DNA of 8,563 nucleotides from a virus (Duplodnaviria; Heunggongvirae; Uroviricota; Caudoviricetes): IMG/VR virus record IMGVR_UViG_2529293043_000020; one strand, 5' to 3'. Shown piece by piece: positions 1 to 6,708 of this stretch (position 1 is its first letter; each line of letters starts with the position of its first letter). The notes under the pieces were generated by a model. It saw only the letters and a program-made list of their open reading frames with translations, ran no database searches and was not told where the DNA came from. The position numbers and the translations under genes were made by a program.

Positions 1-309
1 GTCGAACTCCGCCTTCGCAAAATAAGCGGAAGCCTGGCGAAGGATATCGTTACTGCGGCGCAGTTCACGATTTTCACGTTCCAGCTCTTTCAGACGCTGA
101 CGTTCAGCGCTGGTGAGCCCACCATCACCGCCCCCGGTATCCCGCTCATGCTGGCGAACCCAGACACGCAGAGTCTCCGGCGTACAGCCAATCTTTGGGG
201 CAATGGAACAAATTGCCGCCCACTGTGAGTCATATTCATCCTGACTTTCCAGAACCATACGAATCGCCCGCTGACGGACTTCGGGGGAAAAACGAGTATT
301 TTTAGTCAT
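1..309 (-). CDS. IS3-family transposase OrfA (DNA-binding subunit), 3' end outside the window
   Basis: Reverse-strand translation [103 protein letters not shown] (103 codons, no stop). HTH plus leucine-zipper-like C-terminus typical of IS3 OrfA; matches IS629 OrfA as I remember it. Confidence 0.85.
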   Translation of the reverse strand, partial: MTKNTRFSPEVRQRAIRMVLESQDEYDSQWAAICSIAPKIGCTPETLRVWVRQHERDTGGGDGGLTSAERQRLKELERENRELRRSNDILRQASAYFAKAEFD

Positions 310-363
310 CCTGTTTACCTCTTTCTCAGGGAGTTTAGTCTCCAGGATTTCCGGGGCGGTTCA
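1..363 (-). mobile_element. IS3-family insertion sequence (IS629/IS1203-like), one end only; element continues beyond the window start
   Basis: On the - strand the terminus at 363 reads TGAACCGCCCCGGAAATCCTGGAGACTAAACTCCC..., which I recall as the IS629-type terminal inverted repeat; the orfA start codon follows 54 bp inside (ATG at 309-307). Abrupt junction with an open phage reading frame at 364. Confidence 0.8.
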
Positions 364-735
364 CACACCCACCAGCAACAGAACCCACCACAGGAAAAGA
401 CGGTGGTCAGCATTGCCGTTGATCCGGAGTCTCCGGAATCCTTCAGGAAACGACCTAAACGTCGCCGCTGGGTAAATGAGAAATACACACGCTGGGTAAA
501 GACACAGCCGTGTGCGTGTTGTGGTAAGCCAGCGGACGATCCTCATCATCTGATTGGTCATGGTCAGGGCGGAATGGGAACAAAATCCCACGATATTTTC
601 ACGCTACCGCTGTGTCGGGAGCATCACAACGAGCTTCATGCGGATCCGCTGGCGTTCGAAGAAAAGCATGGTTCCCAGGTTGATTTAATTTTTCGTTTTC
701 TTGATCACGCCTTTGCGACTGGCGTGCTCGGGTAA
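364..735 (+). pseudogene. 5'-truncated nin-region gene interrupted by the IS; Cys/His-rich C-terminal domain (possibly DUF968-like, unverified)
   Basis: Frame is open from the IS junction at 364 to the stop at 733-735, with no native start inside the window. Motif ...PCACCGKPADDPHHLIGHG...LPLCREHHNELH. The supplied ORF track starts at GTG 403, which is preceded by AGGAAAAG. Confidence 0.6.
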
Positions 736-747
736 AAGAGGTGACTG

Positions 748-1107
748 ATGCTCATAGATTTGGTTTTACCTTACCCGCCGACGGTGAACACTTACTGGCG
801 ACGCCGTGGCAGCACATATTTTGTATCAAAAGCCGGGGAGCGTTATCGCCGGGCAGTGGTGCTTATTGTTCGCCAGCAGCGACTGAAATTAAGCCTGTCC
901 GGACGGCTGGCAATAAAAATTATTGCAGAGCCACCGGATAAGCGTCGTCGTGACCTGGACAATATTCTGAAAGCACCGCTGGATGCGCTGACGCATGCGG
1001 GAGTGTTAATGGACGATGAGCAGTTTGATGAAATCAATATTGTACGTGGTCAGCCAGTATCTGGTGGACGGCTGGGTGTGAAGATTTACAAAATTGAGAG
1101 TGAGTGA
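748..1107 (+). CDS. rusA: RusA-family Holliday junction resolvase
   Basis: 119 aa; LVLPYPPTVNTYWRRRG, PDKRRRDLDNILKAPLDALTHAGVLMDDEQF and GGRLGVKI align with E. coli RusA motifs (PDRRRRDLDN..., GGRLELTI). AAGAGG lies 7 nt upstream of the ATG. Confidence 0.9.
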   Translation: MLIDLVLPYPPTVNTYWRRRGSTYFVSKAGERYRRAVVLIVRQQRLKLSLSGRLAIKIIAEPPDKRRRDLDNILKAPLDALTHAGVLMDDEQFDEINIVRGQPVSGGRLGVKIYKIESE

Positions 1108-1646
1108 GCGTAAATATGATATATCCGGAAATTACAGGCAAAAGCGGCGAACATTTACGCCTGAACACGCTGGAAGCAGTCTGGATCCAGGGGAAATTAC
1201 GGATGTGGGGGCGGTGGTCGTATATCGGTGGGGGTAAATCCGGAAATATGTTTAACCGGTTACTGGTTTCGAAAAAGCTGACGAAAACAGCAGTTAATGA
1301 GGTTTTACGCAGCATGAAGAAATCCGGGCTGGAAAAACCGGAACTTGAGGCATTTTTTCGGGATATGACCAGAGGGAAGCAGAAGAGCTGGTTGTCACAT
1401 TGTACAGACACAGAGGCGTTGATTATTGATCGCGTTATCAGTGAGGTGCTTGGGGAATATCCCGGGCTAATCAATATTCTCCGGCAAAGGTACGAAGGAC
1501 GGGGAATGAGTAAGAGAAAAATGGCAGAATGTTTAAATCGTACTCACCCGGAATGGTGTTTCAGCACATGTGAGAAACGTATTGCAGGTTGGTTAGCCGT
1601 GGCTGAACACATGCTTTATGTACCTATGCACGATTCATTTCGATAA
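1104..1646 (+). CDS. Putative late-gene antitermination protein Q (family unverified)
   Basis: Last ORF before the promoter/terminator region and late genes, directly after rusA as in lambdoid phages. GTG 1104 overlaps the rusA stop (GTGA); an alternative ATG is at 1116. N-terminal LRMWGRWSYIGGG segment and a C-terminal Cys/His cluster (HPEWCFSTCEKR). Assignment rests mainly on position. Confidence 0.6.
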   Translation: MSVNMIYPEITGKSGEHLRLNTLEAVWIQGKLRMWGRWSYIGGGKSGNMFNRLLVSKKLTKTAVNEVLRSMKKSGLEKPELEAFFRDMTRGKQKSWLSHCTDTEALIIDRVISEVLGEYPGLINILRQRYEGRGMSKRKMAECLNRTHPEWCFSTCEKRIAGWLAVAEHMLYVPMHDSFR

Positions 1647-1740
1647 AAAAAGCTTGCTTTTTTACGCAGAAACAGCTTGAATTCCTGTAAGCTTCGCAAA
1701 GCTGTATCGCGAGGCGAAATGCAAGTTTTTTCGCACAAGG
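1647..1740 (+). promoter_or_regulatory. Candidate late promoter (PR'-like) and Q-utilisation region
   Basis: Sits immediately 3' of the Q-like gene. TTGCTT (1654-1659), 17-bp spacer, TTGAAT (1677-1682) is a weak sigma70-like pair. AGCTTG/AAGCTT/AAGCTG motifs recur at 1652, 1674, 1689 and 1699. Palindrome AAAAAAGC-TT-GCTTTTTT at 1645-1664. Exact -10 and start site not resolved. Confidence 0.3.
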
Positions 1741-1764
1741 AAGCCACCGGAAGGTGGTTTTTTT
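1741..1764 (+). terminator. Intrinsic terminator (tR'-like) ending a short leader transcript
   Basis: aaGCCACC-GGAA-GGTGGtt stem-loop (GC-rich 5-6 bp core, GGAA tetraloop) followed by seven T residues at 1758-1764. Confidence 0.5.
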
Positions 1765-1887
1765 GTGTCCGTAATATACAGCAGCGCAATAAATTCGCTG
1801 GTGGTTATTAATACCGTTCTTTCAGGTTGCTGGCTTTTTCGACAAGAGTTATTGGTGTGTCACGTTAACCGGAAAAGGGAAAAAGAC

Positions 1888-2085
1888 ATGCTGAAACAGC
1901 AGGATATGACAGAAACCGCCAGAGTGGTGTTTAATGAATTAAGCGTTACCGACCCGGCGACAGTCGGGGAGATTGCGCAGAATACTTACCTTTCACGCGA
2001 ACGCTGCCAGTTAATACTGACCCAGCTGGTTATGGCGGGTCTGGCAGACTATCAGTTTGGTTGTTACAGACGCCTTCAGTCCTGA
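1888..2085 (+). CDS. Small (65 aa) protein, possible winged-helix regulator (PapI/FaeA-like pattern, unverified)
   Basis: ATG 1888 preceded by GGAAAAGGGAAAAAG. Sequence MLKQQDMTETARVVFNELSVTDPATVGEIAQNTYLSRERCQLILTQLVMAGLADYQFGCYRRLQS has a helix-turn-helix-like core (TVGEIAQNTYLSRERCQLILTQLVMAGL). A terminator overlaps the stop codon. Confidence 0.45.
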   Translation: MLKQQDMTETARVVFNELSVTDPATVGEIAQNTYLSRERCQLILTQLVMAGLADYQFGCYRRLQS

Positions 2086-2095
2086 AGGCTTTTTT
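2072..2095 (+). terminator. Intrinsic terminator overlapping the stop of the small ORF
   Basis: GCCTTCA-gtcc-TGAAGGC hairpin (7-8 bp) followed by TTTTTT at 2090-2095. Confidence 0.55.
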
Positions 2096-2112
2096 ATTTG
2101 TGGTAAATGGGC

Positions 2113-2143
2113 GGCTGGTGGGTGTAAGGGGCACCCACCAGCC
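2113..2143. repeat. Perfect 12-bp inverted repeat (GGCTGGTGGGTG / CACCCACCAGCC) with a 7-nt spacer
   Basis: Read directly from the sequence; no T-tract follows, so it is not a canonical intrinsic terminator. Lies between the upstream terminator and the methyltransferase start. Confidence 0.6.
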
Positions 2144-2235
2144 ATCTGCTCATGCGTTGGGTTCACAAGCAAACCTCAGGCCCACTGCTTTGCGCAAAAG
2201 CAGAATGAGCCTATCAGAGACAGGCTTAATGATCC

Positions 2236-3294
2236 ATGCTTAATACTGTAAAAATATCCAGTTGTGAGTTAATCAACGCCGACTGCCTGGAATTTATGCG
2301 GTCGTTACCCGAAAATTCTGTTGACCTGATAGTCACGGACCCGCCGTACTTCAAAGTGAAACCCGAGGGCTGGGATAACCAGTGGGCGGGTGATGAAGAT
2401 TACCTGAAGTGGCTGGACCAGTGTCTTGCGCAGTTCTGGCGGGTGCTGAAACCTGCCGGAAGTCTTTACCTGTTCTGTGGCCATCGTCTGGCATCTGACA
2501 CCGAAATCATGATGCGTGAGCGGTTTAACGTGCTGAACCATATCATCTGGGCAAAGCCGTCCGGACGCTGGAACGGGTGCAACAAGGAAAGCCTGCGGGC
2601 GTATTTCCCCGCCACAGAGCGCATTCTGTTCGCAGAGCATTATCAGGGGCCGTATCGTCCGAAAGATGCCGGGTATGAGGCGAAGGGTAGGACACTGAAA
2701 CAGCATGTGATGGCCCCGCTGATTGCTTACTTTCGTGATGCGCGCGCTGTCCTGGGGATAACGGCAAAACAGATTGCAGATGCCACAGGAAAGAAAAACA
2801 TGGTGTCGCACTGGTTCAGTGCCGGTCAGTGGCAGCTGCCGAACGAAAGCGATTATCTGAAATTACAGGCACTGTTTGCCCGGGTGGCAGAAGAGAAGCA
2901 TCAGCGGGGTGAACTGGAAAAGCCCCACCACCAGCTGGTGGATACGTATGCCTCTCTGAACCGACAGTATGCGGAGCTGCAGAGTGAATATAAGCATCTG
3001 CGGCGGTATTTCGGTGTGACGGTGCAGGTGCCGTACACCGATGTGTGGACGTATAAACCGGTGCAGTACTATCCAGGGAAACATCCGTGCGAAAAACCGG
3101 CAGAAATGTTGCAGCAGATAATCAGCGCAAGCAGTCGTCCGGGAGACCTGGTTGCAGATTTCTTCATGGGGTCGGGGTCGACAGTGAAAGCAGCGATGGC
3201 GCTGGGACGTCGTGCAACTGGCGTTGAACTGGAGACTGAACGTTTTGAGCAGACGGTGCGGGAAGTACAGGATTTAATCATTCGTAACGGATGA
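2236..3294 (+). CDS. Orphan DNA methyltransferase, beta-class N6-adenine type (N6_N4_Mtase-like)
   Basis: 352 aa. Motif IV DPPY at codons 35-38 (nt 2338-2349) near the N-terminus and AdoMet motif I FFMGSGST near the C-terminus give the IV-before-I order of beta-class amino-methyltransferases. No adjacent restriction endonuclease ORF. Confidence 0.85.
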   Translation: MLNTVKISSCELINADCLEFMRSLPENSVDLIVTDPPYFKVKPEGWDNQWAGDEDYLKWLDQCLAQFWRVLKPAGSLYLFCGHRLASDTEIMMRERFNVLNHIIWAKPSGRWNGCNKESLRAYFPATERILFAEHYQGPYRPKDAGYEAKGRTLKQHVMAPLIAYFRDARAVLGITAKQIADATGKKNMVSHWFSAGQWQLPNESDYLKLQALFARVAEEKHQRGELEKPHHQLVDTYASLNRQYAELQSEYKHLRRYFGVTVQVPYTDVWTYKPVQYYPGKHPCEKPAEMLQQIISASSRPGDLVADFFMGSGSTVKAAMALGRRATGVELETERFEQTVREVQDLIIRNG

Positions 3295-3334
3295 GATTGC
3301 GGAGTTAATCATGCGTCGTTATTATTCAGCAATC

Positions 3335-3410
3335 GGCCCTTTAGCTCAGCGGTGAGAGCGAGCGACTCATAATCGCCAGGTCGCTGGTTCAAATCCAGCA
3401 AGGGCCACCA
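3335..3410 (+). tRNA. tRNA with CAU anticodon (Met-type; likely the lysidine-modified Ile2 species, ileZ-like)
   Basis: 76 nt. Acceptor stem GGCCCTT/AAGGGCC, D-arm GCTCAGCGGTGAGAGC, anticodon loop CTCATAA (CAT at 3368-3370), T-arm GGTTCAAATCC, discriminator A and encoded CCA. Confidence 0.8.
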
Positions 3411-3411
3411 A

Positions 3412-3477
3412 CCGCCACTAGCTCATCAGGAAAGAACGTCACCCTGTGCGAGATTCGGAGTCCCCGGTGGCGGTCCA
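3412..3477 (+). tRNA. Degenerate tRNA-like element (probable pseudo-tRNA at the argN position)
   Basis: Only 66 nt. Perfect 7-bp acceptor stem CCGCCAC/GTGGCGG, discriminator and CCA, and a TAGCTCA D-arm start, but no foldable anticodon or T arm that I can build. Confidence 0.4.
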
Positions 3478-3490
3478 TTATCGGTATTCT

Positions 3491-3567
3491 GCGTTGTTAG
3501 CTCAGCCGGACAGAGCAATTGCCTTCTAAGCAATCGGTCACTGGTTCGAATCCAGTACAACGCACCA
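3491..3567 (+). tRNA. tRNA-Arg (anticodon UCU), argO-like
   Basis: 77 nt. Acceptor GCGTTGT/ACAACGC, D-arm GCTCAGCCGGACAGAGC, anticodon stem ATTGC/GCAAT with loop CTTCTAA (TCT at 3525-3527), T-arm GGTTCGAATCC, encoded CCA. Confidence 0.85.
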
Positions 3568-3854
3568 CACCACACTTATCTGCCCTGACTCTCTTTTGCG
3601 GGCTTTTTATTACAGGAAAGACACCGGACAGTGAAATGTTAAATGCCTCACAATTCAGGCAGTTGACTGTTGCCTGACATGCTGAGCGTTTGTTAAAAAA
3701 ATCCTGCATGATGAATCCCCCTGAGCGGCGGGGCATAATGACAGATGTTTGGTTGCGTATTGTATAGGCAAGTTGCGGATTCTGTCTGGTCATTGCAGAA
3801 TTCACCGGGAGGCACCCGGCATCATGCTGTATACAGAGATTAGGCATATATCCA

Positions 3855-3879
3855 GGCTTCTCATCGCAGGAGCCTTTTT
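3855..3879 (+). terminator. Intrinsic terminator-like hairpin (+ strand)
   Basis: GGCTTC-tcatcgca-GGAGCC (6 bp with one G-U pair) followed by TTTTT at 3875-3879. Confidence 0.4.
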
Positions 3880-3885
3880 ACATGC

Positions 3886-3911
3886 AAAAAAAAGCCCGAG
3901 TGGGTTCGGGC
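3886..3911 (-). terminator. Intrinsic terminator-like hairpin oriented for the - strand
   Basis: GCCCGA-gtgggt-TCGGGC hairpin preceded on the + strand by eight A residues (3886-3893), so a U8 tract follows the hairpin on the - strand. Confidence 0.4.
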
Positions 3912-3971
3912 AACAGCATGAGATACTTGCATTGTCATTTTTATCGTGTGGATTTTAACCAGGGTTTATAA

Positions 3972-3996
3972 GGCTGCGCAACTGCGCGGCCTTTTT
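3972..3996 (+). terminator. Intrinsic terminator upstream of the esterase gene
   Basis: GGCTGCGC-aact-GCGCGGCC (8 bp, GC-rich, one G-U pair) followed by TTTTT at 3992-3996. Confidence 0.55.
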
Positions 3997-4090
3997 CGTT
4001 TTGCGGGCTGCGGTTCTCCTCTTTTGATTCTCCTTGTGGCCGGACCGTGGCCCGCAACTGTTGAGGAAAATCCCGGAAAGGGGAGGAATA

Positions 4091-5944
4091 ATGACATTTA
4101 AACATTATGATGTTGTCAGGGCGGCGTCGCCGTCAGACCTTGCGGAAAAGCTGACACACAAACTGAAAGAGGGCTGGCAGCCGTTTGGTAGTCCGGTGGC
4201 CATAACCCCTTATACCCTGATGCAGGTGATTACAGCAGAAGGTGATGTGGTGGTCAGTGGTGCAACTGAGCCGGATTGGTACTACGTCATCGTACTGGCC
4301 GGGCAGTCCAATGCCATGGCTTACGGTGAAGGGCTTCCGCTGCCGGATTCATACGATGCTCCGGATCCGCGCATTAAACAGCTGGCGCGCCGCAGTACAG
4401 TTACGCCGGGTGGGGCTGCCTGCAGATATAACGATATTATTCCGGCCGACCACTGCCTGCATGATGTGCAGGATATGAGTACGCTGAATCATCCGAAGGC
4501 AGACCTGAGCAAAGGGCAGTACGGCTGTGTCGGCCAGGGCTTACATATTGCCAAAAAACTGCTTCCGTATATCCCGAATAACGCGGGGATCCTGCTGGTA
4601 CCATGCTGTCGTGGTGGTTCGGCATTCACCCAGGGCGCGGAGGGGACATTCAGTGCGGACGCGGGGGCCAGCCAGGATTCGGCGCGCTGGGGTGTGGGTA
4701 AACCGTTATATCAGGACCTGATTGCGCGCACTAAAGCTGCATTACAGAAGAACCCGAAAAATGTGTTGCTGGCGGTGTGCTGGATGCAGGGAGAGTTTGA
4801 CATGAGCGCCGCCACCCACGCACAGCAACCTGCGCTGTTTACAGCCATGCTGGCACAGTTTCGTGCTGACCTCTCCGTGTTTAACGCGCAGTGCCATGGT
4901 GGCAGTGCTGCAGATGTGCCGTGGATTTGTGGTGACACGACGTATTACTGGAAAAATACCTACGGCACCCAGTACAACACCATTTACGGGGCGTACAAAA
5001 ACAGGGAGAGTGAGGGCGTTTATTTTGTGCCCTTCATGACAGACGGTAACGGCGTCAATACCGCCACTAACGCGCCGGCAGAAGATCCGGATATTCCGGC
5101 ATCAGGATATTACGGTGCGGCATCGAGAACGAATGGAAACCAGGTATCATCAAACCGCCCGACACATTTCAGTTCATGGGCGCGCAGGAGCATTATTCCG
5201 GATCGTATGGCAACCGCTATTCTGAACGCAGCCGGGCGCACCTCAGCCTTCATCAGTGGTAAGGCACCGGAAATCAAACCCTCGCCCGGCGGCAACACGC
5301 CATCGGGTCCGTCTGCAGATACGTCCGTTCGCACAATCTCCCTGCTGCCGGCAGCCGGAGAGGCTGCTGCGCAGGGCTGGAGCATTAAGGATGGCGGAAT
5401 TCAGTTGTCAGATGGTGTATTTAAGATCACCAGGCAGAGCAATAAAACCTGGTCCCTGACGCATCCGGTGGATGACGCAATTACCCTGCTGACACAGGGC
5501 GGCAGACTGACCTGTAAGTTCCGCCTGTCAGGCGCACTGACCAACAATCAGTTCGGGCTGGGGATTTATCTGTATACGGATGCTCCCGTTCCTGATGGTG
5601 TGGCGATGACGGGTACCGGTAATCCGTTCCTGATGTCGTACTTCACTCAGACCACTGACGGCAGAGTGAATCTGATGCATCACAGGAAAGCCGGAAACAC
5701 GAAGCTGGGGGAGTTCGGCGATTACGGTAACGACTGGCAGACGCTGGAGCTGGTGTTCACCGCCGGCAGTGCCACGGTTACTCCGAAACTGAATGGAGTG
5801 GCTGGCCCGGCATTCCAGGTTATAAAAGACAGTCTGACACTGGGACTGAATGCGCTGACGCTGACGGATGTTACAAAAAATGCAGCGTATGGCGTTGAGA
5901 TAGAAAGTCTGGTGCTGGAGATAAATGCACCGGCATCATCATAA
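4091..5944 (+). CDS. nanS-p: Prophage-encoded sialate O-acetylesterase (NanS-p-like; DUF1737 N-terminal region plus SASA/SGNH esterase domain plus C-terminal extension)
   Basis: 617 aa from ATG 4091, with GGAGG 6 nt upstream; the track ORF from 4034 is an in-frame upstream extension. GQSN active-site motif at nt 4301-4312 in [16 protein letters not shown]. Position between the tRNA cluster and the holin matches where nanS-p genes sit in Stx-type prophages. Confidence 0.8.
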   Translation: MTFKHYDVVRAASPSDLAEKLTHKLKEGWQPFGSPVAITPYTLMQVITAEGDVVVSGATEPDWYYVIVLAGQSNAMAYGEGLPLPDSYDAPDPRIKQLARRSTVTPGGAACRYNDIIPADHCLHDVQDMSTLNHPKADLSKGQYGCVGQGLHIAKKLLPYIPNNAGILLVPCCRGGSAFTQGAEGTFSADAGASQDSARWGVGKPLYQDLIARTKAALQKNPKNVLLAVCWMQGEFDMSAATHAQQPALFTAMLAQFRADLSVFNAQCHGGSAADVPWICGDTTYYWKNTYGTQYNTIYGAYKNRESEGVYFVPFMTDGNGVNTATNAPAEDPDIPASGYYGAASRTNGNQVSSNRPTHFSSWARRSIIPDRMATAILNAAGRTSAFISGKAPEIKPSPGGNTPSGPSADTSVRTISLLPAAGEAAAQGWSIKDGGIQLSDGVFKITRQSNKTWSLTHPVDDAITLLTQGGRLTCKFRLSGALTNNQFGLGIYLYTDAPVPDGVAMTGTGNPFLMSYFTQTTDGRVNLMHHRKAGNTKLGEFGDYGNDWQTLELVFTAGSATVTPKLNGVAGPAFQVIKDSLTLGLNALTLTDVTKNAAYGVEIESLVLEINAPASS

Positions 5945-6029
5945 AAAGTGAGCCAGTCAAATGGAAGGTATCGTTAAACTCACCGGTAGTGTCAGTGGGT
6001 CGTCTGAGACGCCTGCATGAGTTATCAGA

Positions 6030-6061
6030 GCCATCAGTAGTTAACTGGTGGCTTTTTTATT
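6030..6061 (+). terminator. Intrinsic terminator between the esterase and the lysis cassette
   Basis: GCCATCAG-tagttaa-CTGGTGGC (8 bp, one G-U pair) followed by TTTTTTATT. Confidence 0.6.
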
Positions 6062-6093
6062 GTTGTCAGCTTCCGGATAACGGGAGACGGGGT

Positions 6094-6309
6094 ATGTACC
6101 AGATGGAAAAAATCACAACGGGTGTGTCATACACCACGTCAGCGGTGGGGACGGGATACTGGTTACTGCAGCTGCTGGACAAAGTCTCTCCGTCCCAGTG
6201 GGTGGCGATAGGCGTGCTGGGGAGTCTGCTGTTTGGGCTGCTGACATATCTGACGAACCTGTATTTCAAGATTAAAGAAGACCGGCGTAAGGCGGCGCGG
6301 GGAGAGTAA
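6094..6309 (+). CDS. S: Class II pinholin, phage 21 S21-like, with dual-start motif
   Basis: 71 aa [71 protein letters not shown], near-colinear with S21 as recalled (…[14 protein letters not shown]…[22 protein letters not shown]). Two TM segments; Met1 and Met4 starts; GGGAGACGGGG upstream. Confidence 0.85.
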   Translation: MYQMEKITTGVSYTTSAVGTGYWLLQLLDKVSPSQWVAIGVLGSLLFGLLTYLTNLYFKIKEDRRKAARGE

Positions 6310-6313
6310 AGTG

Positions 6314-6658
6314 ATGAAGAAAAAATACGAACTGGTTGTTAAAGGGATAAATAATTACCCGGATAAGATTACTGTTACTGTGGCACCGGAAATTGGTGGG
6401 TATCCGTCACTGTTGTTGCCAGATGTGGCGATTAGTCTTGACCGTACTGAAGGTGCCACGCTGGAGTTTTACGAAGCTGAGGCGAAAAAGCAGGCGAAGC
6501 AGTTTTTCATGGATGTTGCTGCCGGGTTATGTGAAGGGGATGGTCCGTTACCGGAAAAGCGTCCCGTAATTTTAGAGGCGCAGGATGTGTTGATAACCTA
6601 CAGAGGAAAACTACCGGGAATAATTACGGGTTCTCTGAAGACTCCACCGCTGGCCTGA
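6314..6658 (+). CDS. Hypothetical soluble acidic protein inside the lysis cassette (possibly YdfR/DUF1327-like, unverified)
   Basis: 114 aa from ATG 6314 (or GTG 6311), 5 nt after the holin stop, with GGAGAG 8 nt upstream, so likely translationally coupled. No TM or signal peptide. Sequence MKKKYELVVKGINNYPDKITVTVAPEIGGYPSLLLPDVAISLDRTEGATLEFYEAEAKKQ... Confidence 0.6.
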   Translation: MKKKYELVVKGINNYPDKITVTVAPEIGGYPSLLLPDVAISLDRTEGATLEFYEAEAKKQAKQFFMDVAAGLCEGDGPLPEKRPVILEAQDVLITYRGKLPGIITGSLKTPPLA

Positions 6659-6708
6659 AGACTTAACATATCCAGGGATTTGAAATCGATAAACCCTGAT
6701 AAATATCC

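Noticed and set aside
741-941. 66-aa + strand ORF overlapping the 5' end of rusA in another frame
   Set aside because: The rusA frame carries the conserved motifs; this frame is Pro/Gly-rich with no homology-like pattern.
1034-1474. 146-aa ORF on the - strand antisense to the Q-like gene
   Set aside because: Fully overlaps a well-supported + strand gene, with low-complexity Ser-rich composition and no RBS; typical antisense artefact.
2305-2811. 168-aa - strand ORF, and shorter ones at 2543-2767, 2863-3084 and 3069-3281, inside the methyltransferase gene
   Set aside because: Antisense to a gene with clear catalytic motifs; no independent support.
3582-3612. T-tract (CTTTTTATT) just after tRNA-Arg, considered as a terminator
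   Set aside because: Only a 4-bp stem with a long loop can be drawn; too weak to call.
3497-3847. 116-aa - strand ORF overlapping the tRNA-Arg gene
   Set aside because: Runs through a tRNA gene and terminator hairpins; not plausible as coding.
3749-3958. 69-aa + strand ORF in the empty cargo slot, considered as a toxin remnant or small gene
   Set aside because: TTG start without an RBS, rich in rare Arg/Ile codons, spans three terminator-like hairpins, and shows no resemblance to StxA/StxB.
4034-4090. Upstream in-frame extension of the esterase ORF (MWPDRGPQLLRKIPERGGI)
   Set aside because: The ATG at 4091 has a strong GGAGG SD at ideal spacing; the extension starts inside the terminator-rich spacer.
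5989-6093. N-terminal extension of the holin ORF in the track
   Set aside because: Extension spans the intrinsic terminator at 6030-6061; the dual-start ATGs at 6094/6103 with an upstream SD give the canonical 71-aa pinholin.
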